Origin: the human T2T-CHM13v2.0 reference genome, Homo sapiens
DNA length: 64,000 nucleotides
Assembly (NCBI RefSeq): GCF_009914755.1
Contig: NC_060930.1
Strand: one strand, 5' to 3'
Position numbers and translations under genes: made by a program. The notes beneath the pieces were generated by a model that ran no database searches, was not told the origin of the DNA, and saw nothing but the letters and a program-made list of their open reading frames with translations. Below, piece after piece: positions 43,208 to 60,038 of this stretch (positions within the stretch are counted from its first letter, which is position 1; the number at the start of each line of letters is the position of its first letter).

Positions 43208-44523
43208 TGCTCTTTATTTAAAGTAAGGGGGATTTGAGTACATTTCTCTGTGGTTGAGAATGAGCCTGTATAGAAGGAGACGGTGAAGGAAAAGGAGAGG
43301 GAGATAGTCATGAGAGGGAAAGTCCCTTGGATGCAGAAGGGTGGGCTCCAGAGTGGAGGTGAAGTAACCATAGATGAGGGGGGAGGGCACCTGTTTCATT
43401 TTAATAGGGAGGGAGAAGAAAAGGTGAATGTACTTACAGGTTAAATCTGTATATTTTGTGGGAGAAATCTGAGGGATTACTGATCTGATGACTTCTTTTC
43501 TCTTTGAATTGGGGCAGGGTTATTTTCTTAGGGTAAAGGACCAGGTGATGGGGTGATGAGTTTTAGGCAAATCAAGGCCACTTGAAAGAGCTTCTCTGGA
43601 GGATGGGGGGCCTTGTCGCCCAACCAAGGCTGAAAATCAAGAATTCATAGTGGAACTCGTTGGATACAAAGCAGATGGGGACAGCTGAGGGTCCCTGTGC
43701 AGAACAAACTCAACCTTTCTGGTGTCCAGAGTTTTTAGTCTTTAACATAGAATTTCTTTCTCCCCCTTCCCTCTCTTCCTCCACAATTTCCCAATTTCAG
43801 GACTCCTTGATGTAGGTTGTAATCTGATCAGTTAGAGTGTCATTTTTCTCAATTAAGTCCCTGTGCTGTGACTTGATTGAACAAATACCTCTGTCTTCAA
43901 CCCTAGCACGTTATGTATAATATCGCTCTTGGGATAGGTTCTTTCTGAGCATGACAAAACTGTGCCAGTATGTCTTTATTCCTGCAAGTATCGTCTTCAA
44001 AAATTAGTAATCTTAAAATTCAGGGAACTTCACCAGAAGCTTCCATCTGCTGACTGCTGGTGCAAGGAAATAAAGACTCAGATGCTTGATGGGGGTGCCA
44101 CTGCAGCGGTCATCCAACTTCAGCAGTGTCGTAACCACGAGGGCTGTGGGCGGCCTTCTGGGCCCTACTCTTAGAGTTTCTTATTCAGTTGGTCTGGGTC
44201 AGGGTCAGAGACTTTGAATTTCTTCTAAGTTCCCAGGTGGTGCTGCCAGTCTGGGAACCATACTTAGAGAACCACTGTGCTGAAATTATAAGACAGGTGG
44301 TAGCAAAGCTTCATAATGGTCATAGTCGAGTGGTCCTCATCTTTAATCTGAATAATGCACTCAAAGTCAAGTTTAAAAGGAAATATATCCTAAAGAGATC
44401 CTCTTGCTGGGTTCCTCAATTTTGTTGAGCAATGTTCTGCTTACTGTTTTCAATGTTGCACTATTTAATCAGGTCTACATGTAAAGAGGAAGGTGGAAGA
44501 GATAGGCAGCTCTGGGCCCCTAA

Positions 44524-44928
<405 letters not shown>

Positions 44929-46951
44929 AATATTATGGATCTTAATGGCTGATGAGAAAGAAATGTTACAATGTTTCAGTGACCCAAATCAACCCAAGGC
45001 TTTAGACTTAAATACACCAGACCAGGTCTTACTTAGAATAAAAGCTGAAAAAGGAACTTGTACTGAACATTCCATAAAGATAAGACATGATAAATACTCA
45101 CCATTTGGATATTGACAAGATGATTAAGGTCACAAAAGGTCAAAACCCATCATATTTTCCAAAGCCAATGATGGGGAGAACTTCTGAAGTGGTGGATCAA
45201 GTACAATTCTAATAAGGGACCAGGGTAAGTGACTTGGCAACAATTTCCTTGGGAAGCTGCCAAAATCTTATCTTCAGTCTCAAAACTCCTATCTGCAGTC
45301 ATAGCTAGTCTAGAAAGGTAAGTCTTGATTTCTTAGCTAAATGAGTAAAGTTTGTATTCTAGAAAGAAAATAGAATACAAATAAAAATAATAATGGAGAA
45401 GCAAACTTAAATTCACGGAATTAAGTCTTTAGTGAACCAGTTTGGGTATAAGTGTAGTGATCTGTTTTGTATTCATTATGATAATTTTGTTTCCTTTTTA
45501 CATGTTTAAAGCATCACTAAGACTTATGCCATTTAAATGTTTGGAAGAATCTGATTAATTTTTTATATTATTTAATGCTTAAATGTTTAGAAGGGTCAAA
45601 TTTGTTAAATGCATAGTTTTGTTTAATACTTAATAATTTAGCTTTTTATTTAATATTAAGTTATGAAAGCAGTGTATATTTACAGAAGTGTTAAATGTTT
45701 TAAAAATGATCAGCAGACAATAAAAAAGTACAAATAATGGTGAGCATGTTTCTCTCCAGACATGAAAGCCAGATAGGGAAGAATTTGCAGCCTCATACTG
45801 ATTGGCCAGTTGAGGAGTCAACTCATCTCTCTTATAGAAAAAAGAAGATTACATTTACGGAATACAGAATATACTGTGCTCTCTACTTACCAAGAGATTT
45901 CTTTCTCTACTGACAACTTTCTGTTGACGTGGTTACTGTGCAGGTTCTGACAGTCGATTCTTTCCACCTAGTTCACTGCTGAAGCTATAATGATTTCCAT
46001 TTTGCAAAAAGAGGATGATTACTTATTATCTGTGACCATTTCTCAATTCCAGAACAATTGAGCTGCATAGTCCCTGCAATCTTATAAAGGCATTTGGCCT
46101 GGAAGATGCTCTGCAGCCATGTGCCAAGAATAACGGCTATAGGGACAATGTTTCATTAACCCCAAAGCAGCAACCTGAACCTCTTACTGTACAATATCTG
46201 CTCCGTTCAGAATTAGCTCGACTTGAGTCACAGGATGAAGCTTACCAAAAGGAATTTCCACGTCCAAGGAAGGAACCAAGATCACTGAGAGGTTATAGTA
46301 TGAAAAGTGAAGAGAAAAAACCTATTCTAAACATTTTATTAATTGTCAATAATTATTTTAAAATATTTAATATAGTCTCCTACCTGGTCCACTGGCATCA
46401 AGCTGCCAAATTTACACGGTCACTTTGGGAAGCCAGCTGGCAGGCAAACATGGAAAGTGCTGGCTCCTAGCGTAGTGAGAAGACCACAGATAGATGGTAA
46501 TTTTCTTCCTTGTTTTATTTTTCTTTTTCTTCTCTCCCTCTTTTTCTTCCCTCTTGCCTTTCCCTCCCATTGCCCACTTTCTTTTTTTTGGCTGCCGAAG
46601 ATTTATTGCCTTTCAGTACTTATAGATGATGTTTTCATAAGTTCTAATGAGGTCCCAGCAGTTTTTAACAATAACAGGACATTACTGTTCCTAAGATATA
46701 TTATGTGTTTTCCCTCATCTTTCTCCCTTGAATGAAATGCTTAGAAGTAGGCTAACCCCCAATTCCCTTCCCTTTACTATGATAAATGGCTCCATTACTT
46801 AATAGGGCTAAATACTCTGCTGTGACTTTTATACTGCTGATTTGAATAAAATCTTACGAAAAGCTTTTCTCGTGTGTTTTTCAGGTACTTTCTAGGAGAG
46901 TACCTGAGCACGTGCATGCAAACACCTGTGTATTATCAGCCTTGAGAATCC

Positions 46952-47248
46952 TCTTTTTTTTTTTCTTTCTGAGACAGGGTCTGGCTCTGCTGCCCAGACT
47001 GAGCGTAGTTGTGCAATCATGGCTTGCTGCAGCCCTGAACTCCTGGGCTCAAGAGATCCTCCCACCGTAGCCTCCCAAGTAGCTGGGACTACAGGTGTGT
47101 GCCACCATGCTTGGCTACTTTTTATTTTTGGTAGAGATGGAGGTCTTACTTTGTTGCCCAGGCTGGTCTCGAATTCCTGGGCTCAAGTGATCCCCCTGTC
47201 TCAGCCTCCCTAAATGCTGGGATTCCAGGTGCAAGCCACTGCACCCAG
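46952..47248 (-). mobile_element. AluJ
   Basis: GAGACAGGGTCT...CTGCAGCC...CCTGGGCTCAAG J-type arms. Confidence 0.88.
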
Positions 47249-48299
47249 GAACCCTTTCTAATGCCATCCTTGCTAGTCGTGCATCTTGATGGCAAGTTTT
47301 GCAGCATTTCCTGATCCTCCTTGAGAGCTGTCCAGGGAGATTGCTCCCTATCTCTCCAGTTCCTGGATTCTGGGGCAATTCATGTTGTCACCCATGGCTC
47401 CAACCCCACGTGACAAGTCCACCTTTCACAGAAGTTGCATCCTTTTCTGAGTTGCCTGCAAAGGCCGGACATCCTCCAGTCACCTCAGTGCGACCCATGA
47501 CCATGGAGGTATTTTTTTAAAAGGAAAAACCATTGCCATGAACAAGTCCCTTAGCACCACATGACTTAACTAGGGTGGTCCTGACACCTGTTCTTCTGTG
47601 GTGACAGGGTTGGCAGCCAACTCCAGAGGTATTTTGTTGTTGTTGTTGTTCTTAATGGTAAGACAGATTAAGTAACAAGCAACAAAGAAGGGGACCAAGC
47701 TGCATCCCATGATGTAACACACAGGGATTTCAATACAATCAGGCTTTTTTCCTTGAGGAATTACAAGCTATAGGGAATGTCTTTTAGCCAGAAAGGGCTT
47801 CGAGCAGGAAAACTCAAAAACATTCTGTATTACTGTGTTCTATTTTGGTTCTGGGCTAGCTTTGGATGGGTGGCTTTCACTCTGCCCTGAAATTAACATG
47901 TTATAAACGGACGGGTTGGGTCTCAGATCCAGCAAAGAAGCCAGCTTGAAAAATCATTCTGGGAAATGCACTGAATCACTTGTTCCAGGAACAGAAAGCC
48001 ACTGTGCCTTGAGAAACAGGCCGTCGGCAAAGTCCCTGAGACAAGCACCCTCGGATTTGCTGTCCAATCGTCACCGTCCTCCCTTCATTCTAGGGCTTTC
48101 TGTCACTTCACTACTCATATTATTGAGGGCTTGACTTCTGCTAACAGGTTCTCTTAAAAGACTATCTGGAGACAGCTTTTTAAGAGCCTTCCCTTTCCGG
48201 ATCCCTTTGGGATAGAAACCGCAGAGTATTTAATAGTCTGTGATAACCCTTACTTTCCATCCTCTGTTTTCTGGGCAACTCTTTGCACCCACAAGGTAA

Positions 48300-48900
48300 T
48301 GACTGCAAATGAATTCCAGGCGGGAGCAGAAATCCTCCTGCGCTGTGCGTCGTCTGCCCCGCTCGGGCCTGCATATGGGCTCCGCACACTGCTCGCTCTT
48401 TGTGCCACTTCAGGGTCCTGTCCCCTTGAGTCTCAATCAAGATACGGCTCATTCCACCCTTGGGCAGGAGGGCAATGCTGATGAGGCTGTTTATAGCTTC
48501 GGTGCCTGCGCACTCCATGTTATTTAGTTGTTGTTCCTCCGCTGTTTCCAAACAAGCAGTCTGCCCAAAAAAAAAAAAAGGATCAAATGGAAAACTTTAT
48601 AAATACTCCAAATGGCGGAAACAGGAAGTGGAATAAAAATGATGTGGCTCTTCACAGAAAACATGCTGTCATTTTTTTTTTCTCTGTAAATATACACCAT
48701 TCATTTTCAGAAAGAGGCTGTGCCTAAAGAAGAATTAAAAAAAAAAAAAACAAAAAACTACAAAGTGACTCGGCTGACTTTGGAGACTGTTCAGAGAAGC
48801 TGCCTCGGGCTGTGCGGGATGATCTGGGGTGGGAGGGGCAGAACGGCATGGCCCGGAAACCTCTGAAAAATAGGTGCGGGTTCTACTGCGGAAACGCAAA
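48300..48900. promoter_or_regulatory. Candidate enhancer/promoter: CpG-enriched unique patch with adjacent YY1-like and ETS motifs
   Basis: Locally retained CpGs; CAAATGGCGGAAACAGGAAGTG at 48609-48630. Confidence 0.4.
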
Positions 48901-49391
48901 ATGATGTCTTGTTGGGTACCCAGGTCTCAGTGTCTCGTGACTTCTTATTGGACAGCTGAAATGCTTCATCCATATCCATCATGTCAGTGGTATTAATTCC
49001 AATTCCAACTGCAATTCCAATGATCTCATCCTTAAACCACATTCAATTTCTTCTTGGTAAGGTTGTTCATATAATAATAACGATGAACATTTACATAACG
49101 CTCACTATGTGCCAGGCGCTCTTGTAAGTGTTTTACAACTGTGGACTCATTTACTGTTCACAACAATTCTAAGTAGTAGGATATTATCCTTCCCATTTTA
49201 TGGATGAGGAGACTGAAATATAAATGAACAACTAAGTTTTCTGAGGCGACATAAGTTGTAAATGGAGCTGAGCTTCAGCCTAGGTAGTTGGGTTTCAGGA
49301 TCCATATCCTTACTAGTATCTCTTTATTGTGAATTAAGAAAAGACTAGAAAAGCAAACACAAAGCACACTGTGATTGTGAACAAATCAAAC

Positions 49392-49822
49392 GTTTCTTTC
49401 TCCTTTCCTGTTTCTTTCTTTCTTCTTTCCTGTTTCTCTCTTTCTTTCTTTTCCTTCCTTCCTTCCTTTTTTCTCTCTTCCTTCCTTCCTTCTTTTTCCT
49501 CTCTTTCTTCCTTCCTTTCTCTCTTCCTTTCTTTCTCTTTCTTCCTTCCTTTCTTCCTTCCTTCCTTTCTCTCTTCCTTCCTTCTCTTCTTTCTTTCTTT
49601 CCTTCTTTCTCTCTTTCTTTCCTTCCTTCCTTCTTCTTTCCTCTTTCTTCCTTCCTTTCTCTCTTCCTTTCTTTCTCTCTCCTCCTTCCTTTCTCTATTC
49701 CTTTCTTCCTCTCTTTCTTTCTTCCTTCCTTTCTCTCTTCCTTCCTCTCTCCCTTCCTTTCTCTCTCCCTTCCTTTCTCTCTTCCTTCCTTCCCTCTCTC
49801 TCTTTCTTCCTTTCTTTCATTC
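49392..49822. repeat. (TTCC/CTTT/CTCT)n pyrimidine tract, expanded Alu tail
   Basis: About 430 bp almost purine-free on +, running directly into an antisense AluJ. Confidence 0.93.
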
Positions 49823-50046
49823 GTTTTTGAGACAGGATCTAGCTCTGTTGTCCAGGCTGGAGTGGACATAGTTCACTGCAGCCTCCAACTCTTGGGCTCA
49901 AGCAATCTTCCTGCCTCAGCCTCCTTAGCAGTTAGGACTACAGGTGTGTGCCACCATGCCCAGCTAATTTTTAATTTTAATTTTTGATTATATATATATA
50001 TGTGTGTATATATATATATGTGTGTGTATATATATATGTGTGTGTG

Positions 50047-50078
<32 letters not shown>

Positions 50079-50331
50079 TGGTCTTGCTCTGTCACTCACG
50101 CTGGAGTGGAGTGGTGCAATCACAGCTCACTGCAACCTCAACTTCCCAGGTTCAAGTGCCTCAGCCTCCTGAGTAGCTGAGACTATAGGTGTGCACCACC
50201 ACACCCAGCTAATTTTTATTTTTTGTAGAGACAGGTTCTCCCTGTGTTCCCCAGGCTGCTAATGAACTCCTGGCCTCAAGCGATCCTCTGGCCTCAGCCT
50301 CCCAAAGTGTTAGGATTACGGCACCCAGCTC
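49823..50331 (-). mobile_element. AluJ composite: right arm, (TA)(TG)(GA) microsatellite, full AluJ
   Basis: Right arm 49823-49985; microsatellite 49988-50077; dimer about 50075-50331. Confidence 0.8.
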
Positions 50332-50419
50332 AAACATCTCTTATTGACACTGTTGGGCTGCAACTTCAAAAGAAGACTCAAATATGATTATAAAGGGATT
50401 GCTCAACCTGAATCAAACA

Positions 50420-50700
50420 ATGGTATCCAATCTACATGTGTCTTTATAAGAGGAGATTTCACGCAGACAGAAGAGGAGAAGGCCAGGTGAAGACAGGCAG
50501 AGACTGGAGGATGTAGTTGCAGGCCCGGGGACCCCGCAGCCATCAGAAGCTGGAAGAGGCAGGAGCAGATTCTCCCTTAAAGCCTCCGAAGGGAGCACAG
50601 CACGGCTGGCACCTTGATTTCAGCCTAGCAGTCCTGGCTTCAACCTTCCGGCCCCCAGAATGGGACTGTCTACATTCTCTCTATTAAAACTGCCATCTTC
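50420..50700 (+). mobile_element. MLT1B/C LTR fragment
   Basis: GTGAAGACAGGCAGAGACTGGAG...CAGAAGCTGGAAGAGGCAGG...GGCACCTTGATTTCAG. Confidence 0.7.
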
Positions 50701-50765
50701 CAGGGGCAGAGGAGCCAGAGGAGGAGATTAAATGCTCTATGCCCTGTAATACAGCCATCTGAATG

Positions 50766-51038
50766 CAGCAGTTCTCACAGTTTTGGGGCTCAGTGCCCCT
50801 TGTCACTTTAAAAAATTATCAAGGACCCCAAATAGTTTATCATTATGTGGAGCGTACCTATAGACAATTACCATATTAGAAACCCAAACTGGGCAGATTT
50901 AAAATATTTAATTCATATGCAAACATCTTTCATTAATTCACATAAACATAAGCCTATTACATGTTGACATAAATGATGTTTTTATGAAAAATTGCTGTAT
51001 TTTCAACACAGAAACCCAGTAAAGTGGCATCGTTTTAC
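50766..51038. mobile_element. Charlie1-type hAT fossil, left part (split by the L1HS)
   Basis: CAGCAGTTCTCA...TTAAAAAATTATCAAGGACCCCA...AGTGGCATCGTTTTAC; similarity resumes after 57075. Confidence 0.65.
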
Positions 51039-51260
51039 TTTTTTTTTTTTTTTTTATTATACTCTAAGTTTTAGGGTACATGTGCACATTGTGCAGGTTA
51101 GTTACATATGTATACATGTGCCATGCTGGTGCGCTGCACCCACTAATGTGTCATCTAGCATTAGGTATATCTCCCAATGCTATCCCTCCCCCCTCCCCCG
51201 ACCCCACCACAGTCCCCAGAGTGTGATATTCCCCTTCCTGTGTCCATGTGATCTCATTGT

Positions 51261-55112
<3,852 letters not shown>

Positions 55113-55151
55113 TCATTAGTTGATGCAGTTTCTTCCTAGTCTCGATGGTCT

Positions 55152-56168
55152 TTACATTTTGGCATGATTTTGCAGCGGCTGGTACCGGTTGTTCCTTTCC
55201 ATGTTTAGCGCTTCCTTCAGGAGCTCTTTTAGGGCAGGCCTGGTGGTGACAAAATCTCTCAGCATTTGCTTGTCTATAAAGTATTTTATTTCTCCTTCAC
55301 TTATGAAGCTTAGTTTGGCTGGATATGAAATTCTGGGTTGAAAATTCTTTTCTTTAAGAATGTTGAATATTGGCCCCCACTCTCTTCTGGCTTGTAGGGT
55401 TTCTGCCGAGAGATCCGCTGTTAGTCTGATGGGCTTTCCTTTGAGGGTAACCCGACCTTTCTCTCTGGCTGCCCTTAACATTTTTTCCTTCATTTCAACT
55501 TTGGTGAATCTGACAATTATGTGTCTTGGAGTTGCTCTTCTCGAGGAGTATCTTTGTGGCGTTCTCTGTATTTCCTGAATCTGAACGTTGGCCTGCCTTG
55601 CTAGATTGGGGAAGTTCTCCTGGATAATATCCTGCAGAGTGTTTTCCAACTTGGTTCCATTCTCCCCATCACTTTCAGGTACACCAATCAGACGTAGATT
55701 TGGTCTTTTCACATAGTCCCATATTTCTTGGAGGCTTTGCTCATTTCTTTTTATTCTTTTTTCTCTAAACTTCCCTTCTCGCTTCATTTCATTCATTTCA
55801 TCTTCCATTGCTGATACCCTTTCTTCCAGTTGATCGCATCGGCTCCTGAGGCTTCTGCATTCTTCACGTAGTTCTCGAGCCTTGGTTTTCAGCTCCATCA
55901 GCTCCTTTAAGCACTTCTCTGTATTGGTTATTCTAGTTATACATTCTTCTAAATTTTTTTCAAAGTTTTCAACTTCTTTGCCTTTGGTTTGAATGTCCTC
56001 CCGTAGCTCAGAGTAATTTGATCGTCTGAAGCCTTCTTCTCTCAGCTCGTCAAAATCATTCTCCATCCAGCTTTGTTCTGTTGCTGGTGAGGAACTGCGT
56101 TCCTTTGGAGGAGGAGAGGCGCTCTGCGTTTTAGAGTTTCCAGTTTTTCTGTTCTGTTTTTTCCCCAT
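55152..56168 (-). CDS. LINE-1 ORF1p (coiled coil, RRM, CTD), 338 aa
   Basis: MGKKQNRKTGNSK start; REKG, ARR and YPAKLS intact; 63-nt spacer to ORF2. Confidence 0.98.
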   Translation of the reverse strand: MGKKQNRKTGNSKTQSASPPPKERSSSPATEQSWMENDFDELREEGFRRSNYSELREDIQTKGKEVENFEKNLEECITRITNTEKCLKELMELKTKARELREECRSLRSRCDQLEERVSAMEDEMNEMKREGKFREKRIKRNEQSLQEIWDYVKRPNLRLIGVPESDGENGTKLENTLQDIIQENFPNLARQANVQIQEIQRTPQRYSSRRATPRHIIVRFTKVEMKEKMLRAAREKGRVTLKGKPIRLTADLSAETLQARREWGPIFNILKEKNFQPRISYPAKLSFISEGEIKYFIDKQMLRDFVTTRPALKELLKEALNMERNNRYQPLQNHAKM

Positions 56169-57074
56169 CTTTGTGGTTTTATCTACTTTTGGTCTTTGAT
56201 GATGGTGATGTACAGATGGGTTTTCGGTGTAGATGTCCTTTCTGGTTGTTAGTTTTCCTTCTAACAGACAGGACCCTCAGCTGCAGGTCTGTTGGAATAC
56301 CCTGCCGTGTGAGGTGTCAGTGTGCCCCTGCTGGGGGGTGCCTCCCAGTTAGGCTGCTCGGGGGTCAGGGGTCAGGGACCCACTTGAGGAGGCAGTCTGC
56401 CCGTTCTCAGATCTCCAGCTGCGTGCTGGGAGAACCACTGCTCTCTTCAAAGCTGTCAGACAGGGACACTTAAGTCTGCAGAGGTTACTGCTGTCTTTTT
56501 GTTTGTCTGTGCCCTGCCCCCAGAGGTGGAGCCTACAGAGGCAGGCAGGCCTCCTTGAGCTGTGGTGGGCTCCACCCAGTTCGAGCTTCCCGGCTGCTTT
56601 GTTTACCTAAGCAAGCCTGGGCAATGGCGGGCACCCCTCCCCCAGCCTCGTTGCCGCCTTGCAGTTTGATCTCAGACTGCTGTGCTAGCAATCAGCGAGA
56701 TTCCGTGGGCGTAGGACCCTCTGAGCCAGGTGTGGGATATAGTCTCGTGGTGCGCCGTTTCTTAAGCCGGTCTGAAAAGCGCAATATTCGGGTGGGAGTG
56801 ACCCGATTTTCCAGGTGCGTCCGTCACCCCTTTCTTTGACTCGGAAAGGGAACTCCCTGACCCCTTGCGCTTCCCAGGTGAGGCAATGCCTCGCCCTGCT
56901 TCGGCTCGCGCACGGTGCGCACACACACTGGCCTGCGCCCACTGTCTGGCACTCCCTAGTGAGATGAACCCGGTACCTCAGATGGAAATGCAGAAATCAC
57001 CCGTCTTCTGCATCGCTCACGCTGGGAGCTGTAGACCGGAGCTGTTCCTATTCGGCCATCTTGGCTCCTCCTCC
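56169..57074 (-). promoter_or_regulatory. L1 5'UTR: CpG-rich internal sense promoter with YY1 site, plus antisense promoter
   Basis: Complete ~900-bp 5'UTR with intact CAAGATGGCCG YY1 site. Confidence 0.92.
56624..56839 (+). CDS. LINE-1 ORF0 (antisense, 71 aa)
   Basis: MAGTPPPASLPPCSLISDCCASNQRDSVGV...RCVRHPFL, 216 nt, starting at GCAATGG. Confidence 0.85.
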   Translation: MAGTPPPASLPPCSLISDCCASNQRDSVGVGPSEPGVGYSLVVRRFLSRSEKRNIRVGVTRFSRCVRHPFL

Positions 57075-57425
57075 ACAATTTTTTTTTTTTAAACAAACCT
57101 CTGTCATGTCTGGCATAATAGAAGAAGTTGGATTTTCATTCACGCTTTGCATTCAGTCTGTTGCAAAATGTTGTTTTGGTTGAAACGTATAAGGAAAATC
57201 TGGCTTCACATAAATATGTAGTTGCAAAAGGAGAAGTATTTAAATAGTCTTTTGGATAATTATAAATATTCTTTGAGTCTTCATAAATTTAAATAAATGA
57301 TAATTTTTAAAAGTTAATTGCAACATAGATTCTGAAACAATATAAAAAAACTTCTGGTACTCTGTTACTTTAAAATTCATTGATGTATTTTATATTTTGA
57401 ATGTACCTTTTATCTGTAAATGATT
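57075..57425. mobile_element. Charlie1-type hAT fossil, right part
   Basis: ATGTCTGGCATAATAGAAGA...TGCATTCAGTCTGTTGC continues the element left of the L1HS. Confidence 0.6.
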
Positions 57426-58915
<1,490 letters not shown>

Positions 58916-59280
58916 GTAGGAGGGTGGCACAGCCTCCCTCCTGACTGTGATCAAGGTGTCAGCTGGGCTTTGTTCTCATTTGGAGGCTCAGCTGAGGAAG
59001 AATCCACTTCCAAGCTCCCTTAGGTTGTTGGCAGAATTCACTTATTTCTGGTGACTTGCTTCTTCAAAGTCAACAAGGAGAACAAGACTCCAGAGAGAGG
59101 CTGCTGGCAAGACATAGTTTTTTATAACATAACGTTGTAATAAGAGTGACCTTCCAACACCTTTGCCATATTCTATTGGTTAGAAGCAAGTCACGGATTT
59201 CATTCACGCTCAAGGGGGATGAACTAGAACCTGAATACTAGGAGGTGGGGGTCGTGGAGGTCACTTTAAAGTCTATTCAT
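58916..59280 (-). mobile_element. MLT1 LTR fragment
   Basis: TCAAGGTGTCAGC...TTGTTGGCAGAATTCA...TTCTATTGGTTAGAAGCAAGTCAC. Confidence 0.65.
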
Positions 59281-59501
59281 CCCATCTGATGCATGTTTTA
59301 AAAAGACCTCTCACTGTAATGTGTGGAGGTTAGACTGTAGGGTGGTGGAGAGACCAGGCTTAGTGACAAGAGGCTGTTGTATTTGGAAATTAGGAAATCA
59401 TTAGGAACTGCTTTTTCAACAAATATTCATAAAATCTACTATATGAGAGTCACTGGGTTAGGTGTTAAGGATGCAGTGTGGAAGTAAGATTTCTCATTTT
59501 T

Positions 59502-60038
59502 TAACTTTAAAAAATTTTGATTGACACAGAATAATTATATATATTGATGGAATACATGCGATATTTTGATACATGTACACAATGTGTAATGATCAAATCA
59601 GGGTAATTGGGATACCTATCACCTCAAATATTTATTGTATCTTTGTATTGAGGATATTCAATATCCTCCATTCTAGCTATTTTGAAATATACAATAAATT
59701 ACTGTTAACTATAGTCATCCTACTATGCTATACTATGCTACTATCCTGTAACTTATTCCTCTTATCTAACTGTAATTTTGTTCCCATTAACCAACCTCTC
59801 CATAACCCTCCTACCCGCTTCCCTTCCCAGCCTCCGGTAACCACTATTCTACTCTCTACTTCTATGATATCAACTTTTAAACACCCAGTGGAATATTATT
59901 CAGTCATAAAAAGAAGGAAACCCTGTCATTTGCAGCCACATGGATGAGCCTGGAGGACGTTATGCTAAGTTAAATTAGTCAGGCACAGAAAAAGAAACAC
60001 TTTGTGATGTCACTCATATGTGGGAGCTAAAAATAAAA
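59502..60038 (-). mobile_element. 5'-inverted (twin-primed) L1MA 3' end
   Basis: Minus 3'UTR 59502-59880, then plus-strand ORF2 end/3'UTR 59881-60033; 16-bp TSD AAGA(T/G)TTCTCATTTTT at 59486 and 60039. Confidence 0.82.

Noticed and set aside
49345-49871. Long ERK-rich and SFL-rich ORFs
   Set aside because: Translations of the TTCC/CTTT simple repeat
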